From: an uncultured Chloroflexia bacterium
GTDB taxonomy: Bacteria; Chloroflexota; Limnocylindria; Limnocylindrales; CSP1-4
DNA length: 64,000 bases
Assembly: GCA_963806265.1 (NCBI GenBank)
Contig: CAWDXT010000015.1
Location: forward strand, 193,975 to 257,974
Direction: 5' to 3'
Part shown: one piece after another, positions 18,996-29,102 of the stretch
How positions within the stretch are numbered: the stretch's first letter is position 1
Layout: every line of letters begins with the position of its first letter
Translations under genes and position numbers: made by a program
Notes under the pieces: generated by a model
Told to the model about the DNA's origin: nothing
The model's database searches: none
What the model saw: the letters and a program-made list of their open reading frames with translations, nothing else

Positions 18996-19955
18996 GTGCT
19001 GGAGCTGGAGGAACGCTTGCGCATCCTGGTGACCGGGGGGGCCGGGTTCATCGGCTCGAACGTTGCCGACCGTTTCGCGCTGCTCGGGCACGACGTCGCG
19101 GTGTTCGACAACCTGTCGAGCGGCATCCGGCGGCAGGTGCCGGCCGGTGCGCGCTTCTACGAGGGCGACCTCGCGGATCCAGCGGCGGTCGACGCCTGTG
19201 TCGGGGACTTCCGGCCGGACGTCGTCGATCACCACGCAGCGCAGATCGATGTGCGGGCATCGGTCGCCGACCCCGTGTTCGACGCCAGGGTCAACATCCT
19301 CGGCTCGCTCTCGCTTCTTCGGGCGTGTACGACATACGGGGTGAGCAAGATCGTGTACGCATCGACCGGCGGGGCCCTCTATGGCGAAGGGCGCGAGCTG
19401 CCTGCGACCGAGGATCACCCGGTGAACCCGGAGTCGCCGTACGGCGCAAGCAAGCATGCCGTCGAGCACTACCTCTATCTCTGGAAGGTGCTCCACGGGC
19501 TCGACTACACGATCCTGCGCTATCCAAACGTCTTCGGCCCGAGGCAGAACCCCCGCGGCGAGGCCGGCGTCAACGCGATCTTCATCGGCCGCATGCTGGC
19601 GCGGCAGGCGCCCGAGATCTTCGGCGACGGGACCGCGGTGCGCGACTACCTGTTCGTGGGTGATGCCGTCGAGGCGAACGTGCTGGCGCTGACCCGGGGC
19701 AGCGGCGAGATCGTGAACCTGGGCACGGGTGTCCCGACGTCGGTGAACGACATCGTTGACGAGCTGCGCCGGATCATCGGGGTCGACGTCGAGGCCGTGC
19801 ACCTGCCCCCGCGGCCGGGTGAGGTTCAGCGAATCTACCTCGATGCGTCGCGGGCGCGGCGCGTCCTTGGCTGGGAGCCCGCGGTGACGTTCGGCAAGGG
19901 CCTGCGGCTCACCGTCGAGTGGTCGAGAGCCAACCCGGAACCAGCCGACGCCTGA
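18996..19955 (+). CDS. NAD-dependent epimerase/dehydratase (GalE-like SDR)
   Basis: ILVTGGAGFIGSNV...YASTGGALYG...SPYGASKHAVE (YxxxK)... Confidence 0.8.
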   Translation: MLELEERLRILVTGGAGFIGSNVADRFALLGHDVAVFDNLSSGIRRQVPAGARFYEGDLADPAAVDACVGDFRPDVVDHHAAQIDVRASVADPVFDARVNILGSLSLLRACTTYGVSKIVYASTGGALYGEGRELPATEDHPVNPESPYGASKHAVEHYLYLWKVLHGLDYTILRYPNVFGPRQNPRGEAGVNAIFIGRMLARQAPEIFGDGTAVRDYLFVGDAVEANVLALTRGSGEIVNLGTGVPTSVNDIVDELRRIIGVDVEAVHLPPRPGEVQRIYLDASRARRVLGWEPAVTFGKGLRLTVEWSRANPEPADA

Positions 19956-20037
19956 TCGCCCACCTGGCCTCGGGCCGCGGTTGCGGCTGTCGAACAGCAG
20001 GTACGTGGGATCGCGTCGGATGCGACACTACGCCGCC

Positions 20038-21717
20038 ATGACAGCGATCGCGGACCGGCTCCGGACGACGCTGCGCGTCGCGGGACGCGTGGTCGGCAAC
20101 CCGGGTCTGCTGCGAGTCGAGCTCGCCTTCCTCGCGTTCAACATCGTCGAGTACGGCAGCTGGATCGCGATCCTCCTGTTCGCCTACGAGGCGACGGGTC
20201 CGGAGTCGGTCGGCGTGGTGGCGCTGGGCCTGCTGATCCCCGCGGCGATCGCGGCGCCCCTGATGTCGACGGTGGGCGATCGATACCCGCGCCAGCTCGT
20301 GCTGGTGGGGGCGTATGGAGGCCTTGGGCTGGTGACCGGGCTCGTCGCCGCGGGCATGCTGGCCGGCTGGCCAGCTCTCCTCGTCTACGTCCTCTCGGCC
20401 ACTGACGCGTTCCCGCTGACACCGGTCAGACCGACGCACAACGCGCTGCTGCCCTCGCTTGCCCGCGACCCCGACGAGCTGACCGCGGCCAATGCCGTGA
20501 CCAGCATCGCCGAAGCCGGCGGCATGCTCCTCGGGCCGATGCTGGCCGCAATCGTGCTGTGGTTCGCGACGCCCGGTGCCGTGCTCGTCGCGCTTGCCAT
20601 CGTGTCCGGGATGGCGATGCTGCTCATCGCGCCCGGTGCGTTTCGCGGCGCGACGAGCCCCGATGGTGAGCTGGTCACCACCGCCACCGGGGACGATGAG
20701 CCATTGGCGGTGCGGATCGTTGCCGGGTTCCGGGCGCTGATGATCGACGGCGAAGCCCGGATGATCGTCCTGATCCTGGGCGCACGAACGCTGATGATCG
20801 GCGTGACCGATGTCCTGTTCGTGCTGCTCGCCCTGGAGCTGTTCGGGACCGGCGACTCGGGGGCCGCGGTGCTCTCTGCGGCCATGGGCGTCGGCGGGAT
20901 CATCGGGGGCGGCGCGGCCATCGCCGTCGTCGGGCGTGAGCGGATGTCGACCATCATGCTCGCCAGCGCGCTGACCTGGGGCGCGGCGTTTGCGGTGCTG
21001 GGGATCGTGGGTTCGGGCAGCCTCGCGCCGATCCTGATCGCGCTCGGCGGCAGCGGCCTGAGCCTGCTCGACGTGGCCGGTCGCACGGTGCTCCAGCGGG
21101 GCGTCCGGAACGCGATCCTGGCCCGCGTGTTCGGGATCCTGGAGAGCCTCATGATGGCGGCCCTGGCCGTCGGGTCGATCCTGGTTCCGGTCGTGGTCGC
21201 CCTGGTCGGGCTCGAGGCCTCGGTGCTCGTGTTCGCTGCGCTGCTGCCCGTCGTCCTGGCGCTGTCCTGGTCCGGGCTCCGTGCCCTGGACCGCCGGGTA
21301 GCCGTCCCGGAGCGCGAGCTCGGTCTCCTGCGTCGCATCCGGATGCTCGAGGCGCTGGACCCGCCCGCGATGGAGGGCCTGGCCCGGGCTGCCGCCTGGC
21401 TGGAGGTGCCCGCCGGTGCCGTGGTCATCCGCGAGGGCGACCTCGGCGACCGCTTCTACGTGCTCGAGACGGGCGCCGTGGCGGTGAGCCGTGACGGCGT
21501 CCCGCTCCGGACGCTGGACACCACGGGCAATTCCTTCGGCGAGATCGCGCTGCTGCTGGACGTGCCCCGGACCGCGACGGTCATGGCCTCCGTGCCGTCC
21601 GTGCTGCTGGTCCTCGACCGGGCCACGTTCCTTGCCGCGGTCACCGGTCATCCGGTCGTGCGTGCCACGGTCATCCGGACGGTCGACGACCACCTGCGCA
21701 CGGACGCCACGCGGTAG
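20038..21717 (+). CDS. MFS transporter fused to a C-terminal cyclic-nucleotide-binding domain
   Basis: About 12 hydrophobic segments, then LRRIRMLEALDPPAMEGLARAAAWLEVPAGAVVIREGDLGDRFYVLETGAVAV...GNSFGEIALLLDVPRTATVMA (a CAP_ED phosphate-binding cassette). The start is taken at MTAIADRL. Confidence 0.8.
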   Translation: MTAIADRLRTTLRVAGRVVGNPGLLRVELAFLAFNIVEYGSWIAILLFAYEATGPESVGVVALGLLIPAAIAAPLMSTVGDRYPRQLVLVGAYGGLGLVTGLVAAGMLAGWPALLVYVLSATDAFPLTPVRPTHNALLPSLARDPDELTAANAVTSIAEAGGMLLGPMLAAIVLWFATPGAVLVALAIVSGMAMLLIAPGAFRGATSPDGELVTTATGDDEPLAVRIVAGFRALMIDGEARMIVLILGARTLMIGVTDVLFVLLALELFGTGDSGAAVLSAAMGVGGIIGGGAAIAVVGRERMSTIMLASALTWGAAFAVLGIVGSGSLAPILIALGGSGLSLLDVAGRTVLQRGVRNAILARVFGILESLMMAALAVGSILVPVVVALVGLEASVLVFAALLPVVLALSWSGLRALDRRVAVPERELGLLRRIRMLEALDPPAMEGLARAAAWLEVPAGAVVIREGDLGDRFYVLETGAVAVSRDGVPLRTLDTTGNSFGEIALLLDVPRTATVMASVPSVLLVLDRATFLAAVTGHPVVRATVIRTVDDHLRTDATR

Positions 21718-21744
21718 CACCCGGGTCGGAGCGGTGGCGCCCTG

Positions 21745-22062
21745 CTAGAGCCGGATCACGTCCTCGAGGTCGACCAGGAGGATCGTGGCGCCGCCGTACT
21801 GGACGACGCGCTCCTGCCAGTCCTGGAGACGCTCGGTGAGGACCAGCGGCAGCTCCACGTCCCGTCCCGTGCAATGGGCGCGGAACAGTGCCACCACGTC
21901 GGGCAGCGACTCGTCGCTCACCGCCAGCAGGAGCGTGACGTTGGGCGTGCCGAGATAGCCACCGGTCGAGGCGATCCGCGTGAACCGGTGCCCGTCGGCG
22001 CGCAGCGCGTCCCCGACCGCCTCGGCGTCGTCCTCGTGGACGATCGCGACCAGCAGCTTCAT
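21745..22062 (-). CDS. darA: PII-like cyclic-di-AMP receptor (DarA/PstA family)
   Basis: MKLLVAIVHEDDAEAVGDALRADGHRFTRIASTGGYLGTPNVTLLLAV...GGATILLVDLEDV parallels B. subtilis DarA (MKLIVAVVQDQD...TKLATTGGFL...GGATVFVLPV), compared from memory. GGGAGGTGG sits upstream. The ATG overlaps the upstream stop (ATGA). Confidence 0.8.
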   Translation of the reverse strand: MKLLVAIVHEDDAEAVGDALRADGHRFTRIASTGGYLGTPNVTLLLAVSDESLPDVVALFRAHCTGRDVELPLVLTERLQDWQERVVQYGGATILLVDLEDVIRL

Positions 22063-23429
22063 GCTCCACCTCCCGATCCCGCGCCGTCGTGCCGGGTGCC
22101 GTCGTGCCGGGCGCCGTCGTGCCGGGCGCCGTCACCCCCCGAGCCGTTGCCCTGGGCACCGCCGGGTCGTGCGCCAAGCGCACGCGTCACCTGGCGCCGC
22201 TCGGAGGCGGTCTCCGTGCGCCAGCCGCGCACGGTGCGCGATCCGTCGTTCGCGTACCGGTCGGCAACCATGATGTCGAACGCGTGGACCGCCGCCTCCT
22301 GGTTCGAGTAGCGGCCGGCCGTCCAGCTTCGGCTCCGTGTACCCTGCTGCTGGAGCTCGACCACGTGGTAGTCCTCGCGGTTGGTGATGTCCCAGAACTC
22401 GACCGCACCCGAGACGTCGAGATCACCGGCGCGATCACCCTCGACGTACAGGTCGCAATGGACGGTCGTGCGGTTCGGTCCGTCCGGCCAGGCCTGGTGG
22501 GTCAGCACGTAGTCGGGGTGCACCGAGACGATGAGGTTGGGCCACAGGATGTAGTAGTAGATCCGGCGCGCCTCCGTCTCGTCGCGCGCGTACAGCAGGG
22601 GCCGGCCGTCGCGTGAGCCGCTGACCGACATCGTCTCGCAACCCTCGGCGAACACCATCCAGCCACCCTTCCACGGGCCATCGGCCTGGAAGTCCTCGCC
22701 GAGATCGTACGGCGTCAGCTTGTTGAGCAGCGGGTGGACGCCCGGGCAGTGGTAGCACTCGCTGTAGTTCTCGGCCACGATCTTCCAGTTGGCCGCCACG
22801 TCGTAGGTCAGACGCGCGGCCCGACGCAGGGTGGACATGTCGCGGCCGAAGCCGGCATGGTGCTCGAACCAGTCGCCCATGTACTTGCGCAGCGGCGCCG
22901 TGACCGCCTCGTCGTCGGTGAAGGACAGGAACACGAAGCCCTGCCACGTCTCGCAGCGGATGGGCGTGAGGCCGAAGGCGTCGAGGCTGAAGTCGTCGAG
23001 GTCCTCGGTGTGCTTGGCGCGAACCAGGCGTCCCTCGAGGTCGTAGATCCAGGCGTGGTACGGGCACTGGAAGCGCACGGCCTTGCCGCACGCTCGCTCC
23101 TCGACCGCGGTGCCGCGATGGCGGCACACGTTGTAGAAGGCGCGGATCACGTCGTCCCGGCCGCGAACGATCAGGACGCTCTCGCCGAACAGGTCGCGGA
23201 GGATGAACGAACCGGGCTCCGGGACCTCCTCGGCACGGCCAACCGCGATCCAGTCGCGCAGGAAGATCTCGTCGAGCTCCCAGTCGTAGATGACATCGTC
23301 GTGGTAGGCACGGGCCGGCAGCAGCGTGGCGCCCCGGAACGGGGCACGGATGCGGGCCAGCTCCTCGGGGCCGACGGGCGCCGGCCGCCGGGGGGCGTTC
23401 GACGGTGCAGCCGGAGCGGTGATGGACAC
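22059..23429 (-). CDS. Rieske non-heme iron oxygenase alpha subunit (GbcA/CntA/choline-monooxygenase-like); substrate unknown
   Basis: CRHRGTAV...CPYHAWIY (Rieske) and NWKIVAENYSECYHCPGVHP (mononuclear Fe site). The C-terminal tail is repetitive: DGARHDGARHDGTRHDGAGSGGGA. Confidence 0.85.
   Translation of the reverse strand: MSITAPAAPSNAPRRPAPVGPEELARIRAPFRGATLLPARAYHDDVIYDWELDEIFLRDWIAVGRAEEVPEPGSFILRDLFGESVLIVRGRDDVIRAFYNVCRHRGTAVEERACGKAVRFQCPYHAWIYDLEGRLVRAKHTEDLDDFSLDAFGLTPIRCETWQGFVFLSFTDDEAVTAPLRKYMGDWFEHHAGFGRDMSTLRRAARLTYDVAANWKIVAENYSECYHCPGVHPLLNKLTPYDLGEDFQADGPWKGGWMVFAEGCETMSVSGSRDGRPLLYARDETEARRIYYYILWPNLIVSVHPDYVLTHQAWPDGPNRTTVHCDLYVEGDRAGDLDVSGAVEFWDITNREDYHVVELQQQGTRSRSWTAGRYSNQEAAVHAFDIMVADRYANDGSRTVRGWRTETASERRQVTRALGARPGGAQGNGSGGDGARHDGARHDGTRHDGAGSGGGA
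22083..22133 (-). repeat. In-frame 15-nt tandem repeat x3.4 encoding the oxygenase tail
   Basis: gccgtcgtgccgggY at 22083, 22098 and 22113, plus a partial copy at 22128. Confidence 0.9.
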
Positions 23430-23548
23430 GGGCGACCTCGCGTGTGGGGACGCCGTGATCCTAGCCGGTCGGGTTGTCGCGCGTCAGCCTGGTTGCCGTC
23501 GACCGGCGGCCGGGCCACGCGACGGTAACGCGTCGGCTTGCTGCCGCG

Positions 23549-25104
23549 TCAGTCGAGGGACACCGTCTCGTGCCACACGGGCACCCGGACGTCGAGACCC
23601 AGCTGCTCGATCCTCGGCGCCAGCGCCCGTTGTGCCGGGGGATCGCCGTGTACCAGGAAGACCCGCTTCGGCACACCCGCGTCGCCCGGCCGCCGACCCT
23701 GCACGAAGTTTGTGAGCCAGGCGACGAGCTCGGGCTCGTCCGCATGCGCCGACAGGCCGTCCAGCGTGCGGATCCTCGCCCGCACCTGCACCTCGCGACC
23801 ACCGATGCGGGCCGTCGTGGCACCACGCGTCAGGTGCCCGCCGAGCGTTCCCTCGCCCTGGTAGCCGACGAACAGCACGGTCGCCGACGGATCCGGCAGC
23901 AGCCACTGGGCGTGTCCCACCGATCGTCCCCCGGTGAGCATCCCGTTTGACGCGACGATGATCAGCGGGCGGTGCGCCCGGGCGATCCGCTCCGACTCCT
24001 GGACGTTCTGCACGACATGCTGGCCCGGGTAGTCGAGCGGTGACTCGTGCGCCTCCAGCAGGTCGTGGGTCTCCTGGTCGTACGCCTCCGGATGGCTTCG
24101 GTAGATGTCGGACGCGGACTTGGCCATCGGCGAGTCGAGGTAGAGCGGCAGCTGCGGGATCCGCCCGGCGACCACCAGCCGATCGAGCTCCCACACGATC
24201 TCCTGCGTGCGTCCGATCGCGAACGACGGGATGAGCAGCGCGCCCTTGCGGCCGGCGACGTCGTTCACGACCTCCTCGAGCACCTGTGTCGAGCGTCGCC
24301 CGGCTCGTGCTCACGCCCGCCGTAGGTGGACTCGCAGATCACGAAATCGGCCTCGGGCACCGGCGTCGGGTCGCGCAGGATCGGCGTACCCGGACGACCC
24401 AGGTCTCCCGAGAACACGATCAACGTGTCGCGCCCGCCGCCGATCGGGACCAGCCGCATGCGGACCAGCGCCGATCCCAGGATGTGGCCGGCGTCGAGCA
24501 GCGTGACCCGCACGCCCGGGGCGACCTCGTGCTCGGCGCCGTAGGGGATGTGGCGCAGCATGGGCAGCACCGCCGCGGCGTCGTCGACGGTGTAGATCGG
24601 CTCATCGAGGTCGAGCACGACCTCCGGAGGGGCGCCCCGGAGCAGATCCTCGGGATCGGGACCGCCGGGGCTCTCCGCGCCGGCCAGCGCGAGCTCGAGA
24701 TCGGCGTCGTAGCGCTGCTCCTCGCGCGCCTCGTCGGCAGCCGCACGCTCCGGATCGCGCCGAGCCCGACGATGGGCTCGCCTGGCGAACTCCTCCTGCA
24801 GCTTGGCCGAGTCGAGCAGGACGAGACGCGTCAGCTCGGCCGTGGCCGCGGTGCACAGGATCGGGCCCCGAAAGCCCTCATGGACGAGGAGCGGCAGCAG
24901 CCCGCAGTGATCGAGGTGGGCATGGGTCAGGACGACGGCGTCGAGCGTCGCGGGATCCAGCCCGAGCGGGATCCGGTTGCGCATCGTCTCGTCGGGGCCA
25001 CCCTGGAACATCCCGCAGTCCACGAGCACGCGCGCGTGGCCCGTGTCCACCAGGTGGCGTGATCCCGTGACGGTCCGCGCCCCGCCGAGGAAGGTGAGCT
25101 CCAT
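23549..25104 (-). pseudogene. MBL-fold beta-CASP hydrolase (RNA-metabolising metallo-beta-lactamase family); frame change near 24285-24300
   Basis: MELTFLGGARTVTGSRHLV...VLTHAHLDHCGLLP...VICESTYGGREHEP, then in the next frame LEEVVNDVAGRKGALLIPSFAIGRTQEIVWEL...LDGLSAHAD...VFLVHGD. Confidence 0.8.
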
Positions 25105-25163
25105 GACACGGATCGTGCCACACCGGGCGGGTCGGCGGTCGCTGTGGCCATCGGGAGTCGCGC

Positions 25164-25234
25164 GACGCTGATCCGGGTCGGCAGCGGCGTGACGCTGATC
25201 CGGGTCGGCAGCGGCGTGACGCTGATCCGGGTCG
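25164..25234. repeat. 27-nt tandem repeat x2.6 in a divergent intergenic region
   Basis: gacgctgatccgggtcggcagcggcgt at 25164-25190 and 25191-25217, plus a partial copy at 25218-25234. Confidence 0.9.
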
Positions 25235-25315
25235 TCAACCGCGCGGCGCTGCTCCGGCTCGTCCGCCGCGCGGAACGCCCTCGCGTCGGCGATCCCCGCA
25301 TGGCAGCATCCGGCG

Positions 25316-27043
25316 GTGGGATCCTCGCAACTGGCAACGCTCGAGGGAGCCTACCTGGCGGCGCGCGACGCACGTGACCGGCTGGATGTCGCACGGGCAC
25401 GGGGCGTGCCCGCGGATATGCGCTCCCTCGAGGCCGCGGCATTCGACACCGAGCGCCAGGTGCGAGCCGAGCTGGCCGCGTTCGAAGCCTCGCTGGGGCC
25501 GGGCCAAGCGCCGCGAGCCATGGACGACGACCTCGACGAGGAGGATCGGCGGGCACTGGCCGTCATCCGGTCCGGCGTGGTCACGGCCCTGGGCGAGGCG
25601 GGCGGACTCCCGGTCACGCCCGACGCGTCTCTCGCCGACTGCGACGACGCGCGTGCCTGGTCGACGGCGCTCGCTGCCGGAGGGACCACGCTGCGCAACC
25701 GGACGGAGGCGTGCTACGGGGCCGTTGCCCGGGCCATCGAGGTCGAGGGCCGAACCCTCAACCGGCTCCAGGTTCTCGCGCGGCTGGCGGCGGAGCCCGA
25801 CGAGCGACGGCGACGGGACCTGCTGCTTGCGCTGCGCCCCCTGTGGCGGGTGGTCGATGGCCACGGTGCAAACGCCGGCGCGGCGGACGCTCGTAAGCGG
25901 GCAGCAGGCGGCCCGGACCGATCTCCGTATGCGGCCCTCGTCCGGGAGTCAGCCGCGACCTGGCGCACCGGCGGCTCGCCGATCGCGGCCAACGCGGCGG
26001 CGCTGGGCGTCGCAGAGGACGAGATCGAGGCATGGGTGCTCGCGATCCTCGATGCCTGGCGCACGACCATCGTCGAACCGGACCTGGGCGCCGGGCGGGC
26101 GCCGCTGGAGCCGTGGGACTGGTGGTGGCGCGCCGCCTCGGCCGGGCGGACGCGCGCAGGCGAGCTGCCTCGGGATGCGATCCTCGCCGTCAACCACGCT
26201 CTGTACGCGTCGCTGGGTGCCGACCTCGATGCCCTGGGCGTGGTGCTCGACGTGACGCCTCGGCCGTCGCGGCCGGCCGTCCCGGTGGCGTTCACCACGT
26301 TTGGGGGACGGCCCCACGCCCGTCCGGACGGATCGTGGTGGTGCGGGCAGCCGACCGTCCTCGCCACCTACGTCGACGGCGGCGTCGACGAGCTGGCCGA
26401 GCTCGTCCACGAGACCGGCCACGCAATCCATCTGGCGGCGATCCGCACCAGGCCGGCGTTCACCGACTGGCCGGCCTCGGACGCGCTGACCGAGGCGCTG
26501 GCCGACCTCGTCGCGCACGACGTCTCCGACGCCGCATGGCAACGGCGCTGGGTCCCCGGCCACCCGAGGCCGAGGTCCGCGACGCCGGACCGGTCCGCGA
26601 CCGACGGTCGCGAGACCATCCGCAGCCGGCACGCGCAGACGGTGCTCGATGCCGCGTGGACGCTGCTCGAGATCCGCCAGCACGCCGACCCGGACCGTCC
26701 GGCCAACGACATCTGGACCGAGATCACCTCGACCTGGCTCGGGGTGAAGCCACATCCCGAGTGGTCGTGGTGGGCGATACGCGGGCAGCTCATCCAGGAG
26801 CCGGGTTACATGGCCAACTACACGATCGGTGCCGTGCTGTCGGCCGACATGCGCGCGGCGATCCGGTCGGCGAGGGGCGGCTGGCTGGATGGTGACCCCG
26901 GCTGGTACGGCTGGGTCAGCGAGCGTCTCTATCGATTCGGCCTGGAGCGCTCCCCGGCACAGGTCCTCCACGATCTGCTGGGCCGGGCGCCGACCGCCGC
27001 GGCGCTCCTGGCCGAGCTGACGGGCTCGCTCGGCGACCGCTGA
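25316..27043 (+). CDS. HExxH gluzincin metallopeptidase (M3/M2-like)
   Basis: LAELVHETGHAIHLAAIRTRPAFTDWPASDALTEALADLV (HExxH plus a downstream Glu), in a protein of about 575 aa. The family assignment is tentative. GTG start. Confidence 0.65.
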   Translation: MGSSQLATLEGAYLAARDARDRLDVARARGVPADMRSLEAAAFDTERQVRAELAAFEASLGPGQAPRAMDDDLDEEDRRALAVIRSGVVTALGEAGGLPVTPDASLADCDDARAWSTALAAGGTTLRNRTEACYGAVARAIEVEGRTLNRLQVLARLAAEPDERRRRDLLLALRPLWRVVDGHGANAGAADARKRAAGGPDRSPYAALVRESAATWRTGGSPIAANAAALGVAEDEIEAWVLAILDAWRTTIVEPDLGAGRAPLEPWDWWWRAASAGRTRAGELPRDAILAVNHALYASLGADLDALGVVLDVTPRPSRPAVPVAFTTFGGRPHARPDGSWWCGQPTVLATYVDGGVDELAELVHETGHAIHLAAIRTRPAFTDWPASDALTEALADLVAHDVSDAAWQRRWVPGHPRPRSATPDRSATDGRETIRSRHAQTVLDAAWTLLEIRQHADPDRPANDIWTEITSTWLGVKPHPEWSWWAIRGQLIQEPGYMANYTIGAVLSADMRAAIRSARGGWLDGDPGWYGWVSERLYRFGLERSPAQVLHDLLGRAPTAAALLAELTGSLGDR

Positions 27044-27046
27044 GGG

Positions 27047-27976
<930 letters not shown>

Positions 27977-29102
27977 GGCGCGGCGGTGGTGGACGCGGCG
28001 CCGGTGGTGGGCGCGGCGTCGGTCGTGGCACCGGTGGCGGGGCCCGGGGTCGGATCGGCCGGCGTTCCCTGCCCGGGGCCGGGCGCCGAGGCAGGCTCGC
28101 GCACCGTCCGCGTTCGCGCATCGAAGTAGGACGCCGCCGCGAGGCCGACCATCATGGCCCAGATGATCGCGCCCAGCGCGAGGTGCAGCGTCTGCGTCCA
28201 CTCGGCCAGCCCGGTCAGGACCTGGAGACCGCCCACGACCGCCTGGATCGTGAACAGCACGGCCGACCAGACCGCGAGCCGCACGAGCAGCGGGCGATCA
28301 CGTTGCGTGCGCCACGCGACGAGCGCGGTGGCCCACACGATCAGCCCGACCACCATGGCCACCCAGCGATGGAGCACGTGCGCGGTGTCGGCGTCGGTCA
28401 GCGGCGGGAACAGGGAGCCGTTCATCAGCGGCCAGTCCGGGAACACGTACCACTGCGAGGTCGCGGTGACGTTGGATCCGAACAGGAGCAGGGCGTACAC
28501 GGTCGCCGCGGTGAACGTGGCCAGGAGGGTGAACCGCTGGCTGGCACCGCGACCCGTGATCCGCGCTGGATAGTAGCTGCGGACCAGGATGAACACGAGC
28601 AGCCCCAGCAGGGCCATCGCCGAGGCCAGGTGGGCGGTCACCGATGCGCCGGAGTTGTTGAGCATCACGGTCTCGCGACCAAGCCACGCCTGGAACCCGA
28701 CGAGCAGCACGGCCACGAGCGACATCCACGCGATCGTCCGGTTGTCGCGGTGGTCGCGCCAGGCAAGGAAGGCGAGGCCCAGGATCTCGAACCCGATCAC
28801 GGCGGCGACCGTCCGGTGGATCCACTCCAGCCACGCCTTGTAGTCGTCGAGCGGAGGGATCACCTGGCCGTGGCACAGCGGCCAGTCCGGGCAGCCCATT
28901 CCCGACCCTGTGGCGCGCACGATCACGCCGATCGTCACGAGCAGCACGGTCGTGACCACCGTCGCGGCGGCGAGCTTCTGGAATCGGGTCACGGCGCTGA
29001 CAGATGGCCTCGGAACGAGCTGGTGGGGTCGGGGCGCGACGCCCGCCATTCTACGCGTGCGGCATTCCGGCGCGATCTTCTGACCCGGTCTACTCTGCAG
29101 CC

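Noticed and set aside
25164-25234. Tandem repeats here and at 10039..10117, considered as a possible CRISPR array.
   Set aside because: The copies are directly adjacent or separated by only 11 nt, there are only 2-3 of them, no spacers are present and no cas genes are in the window.
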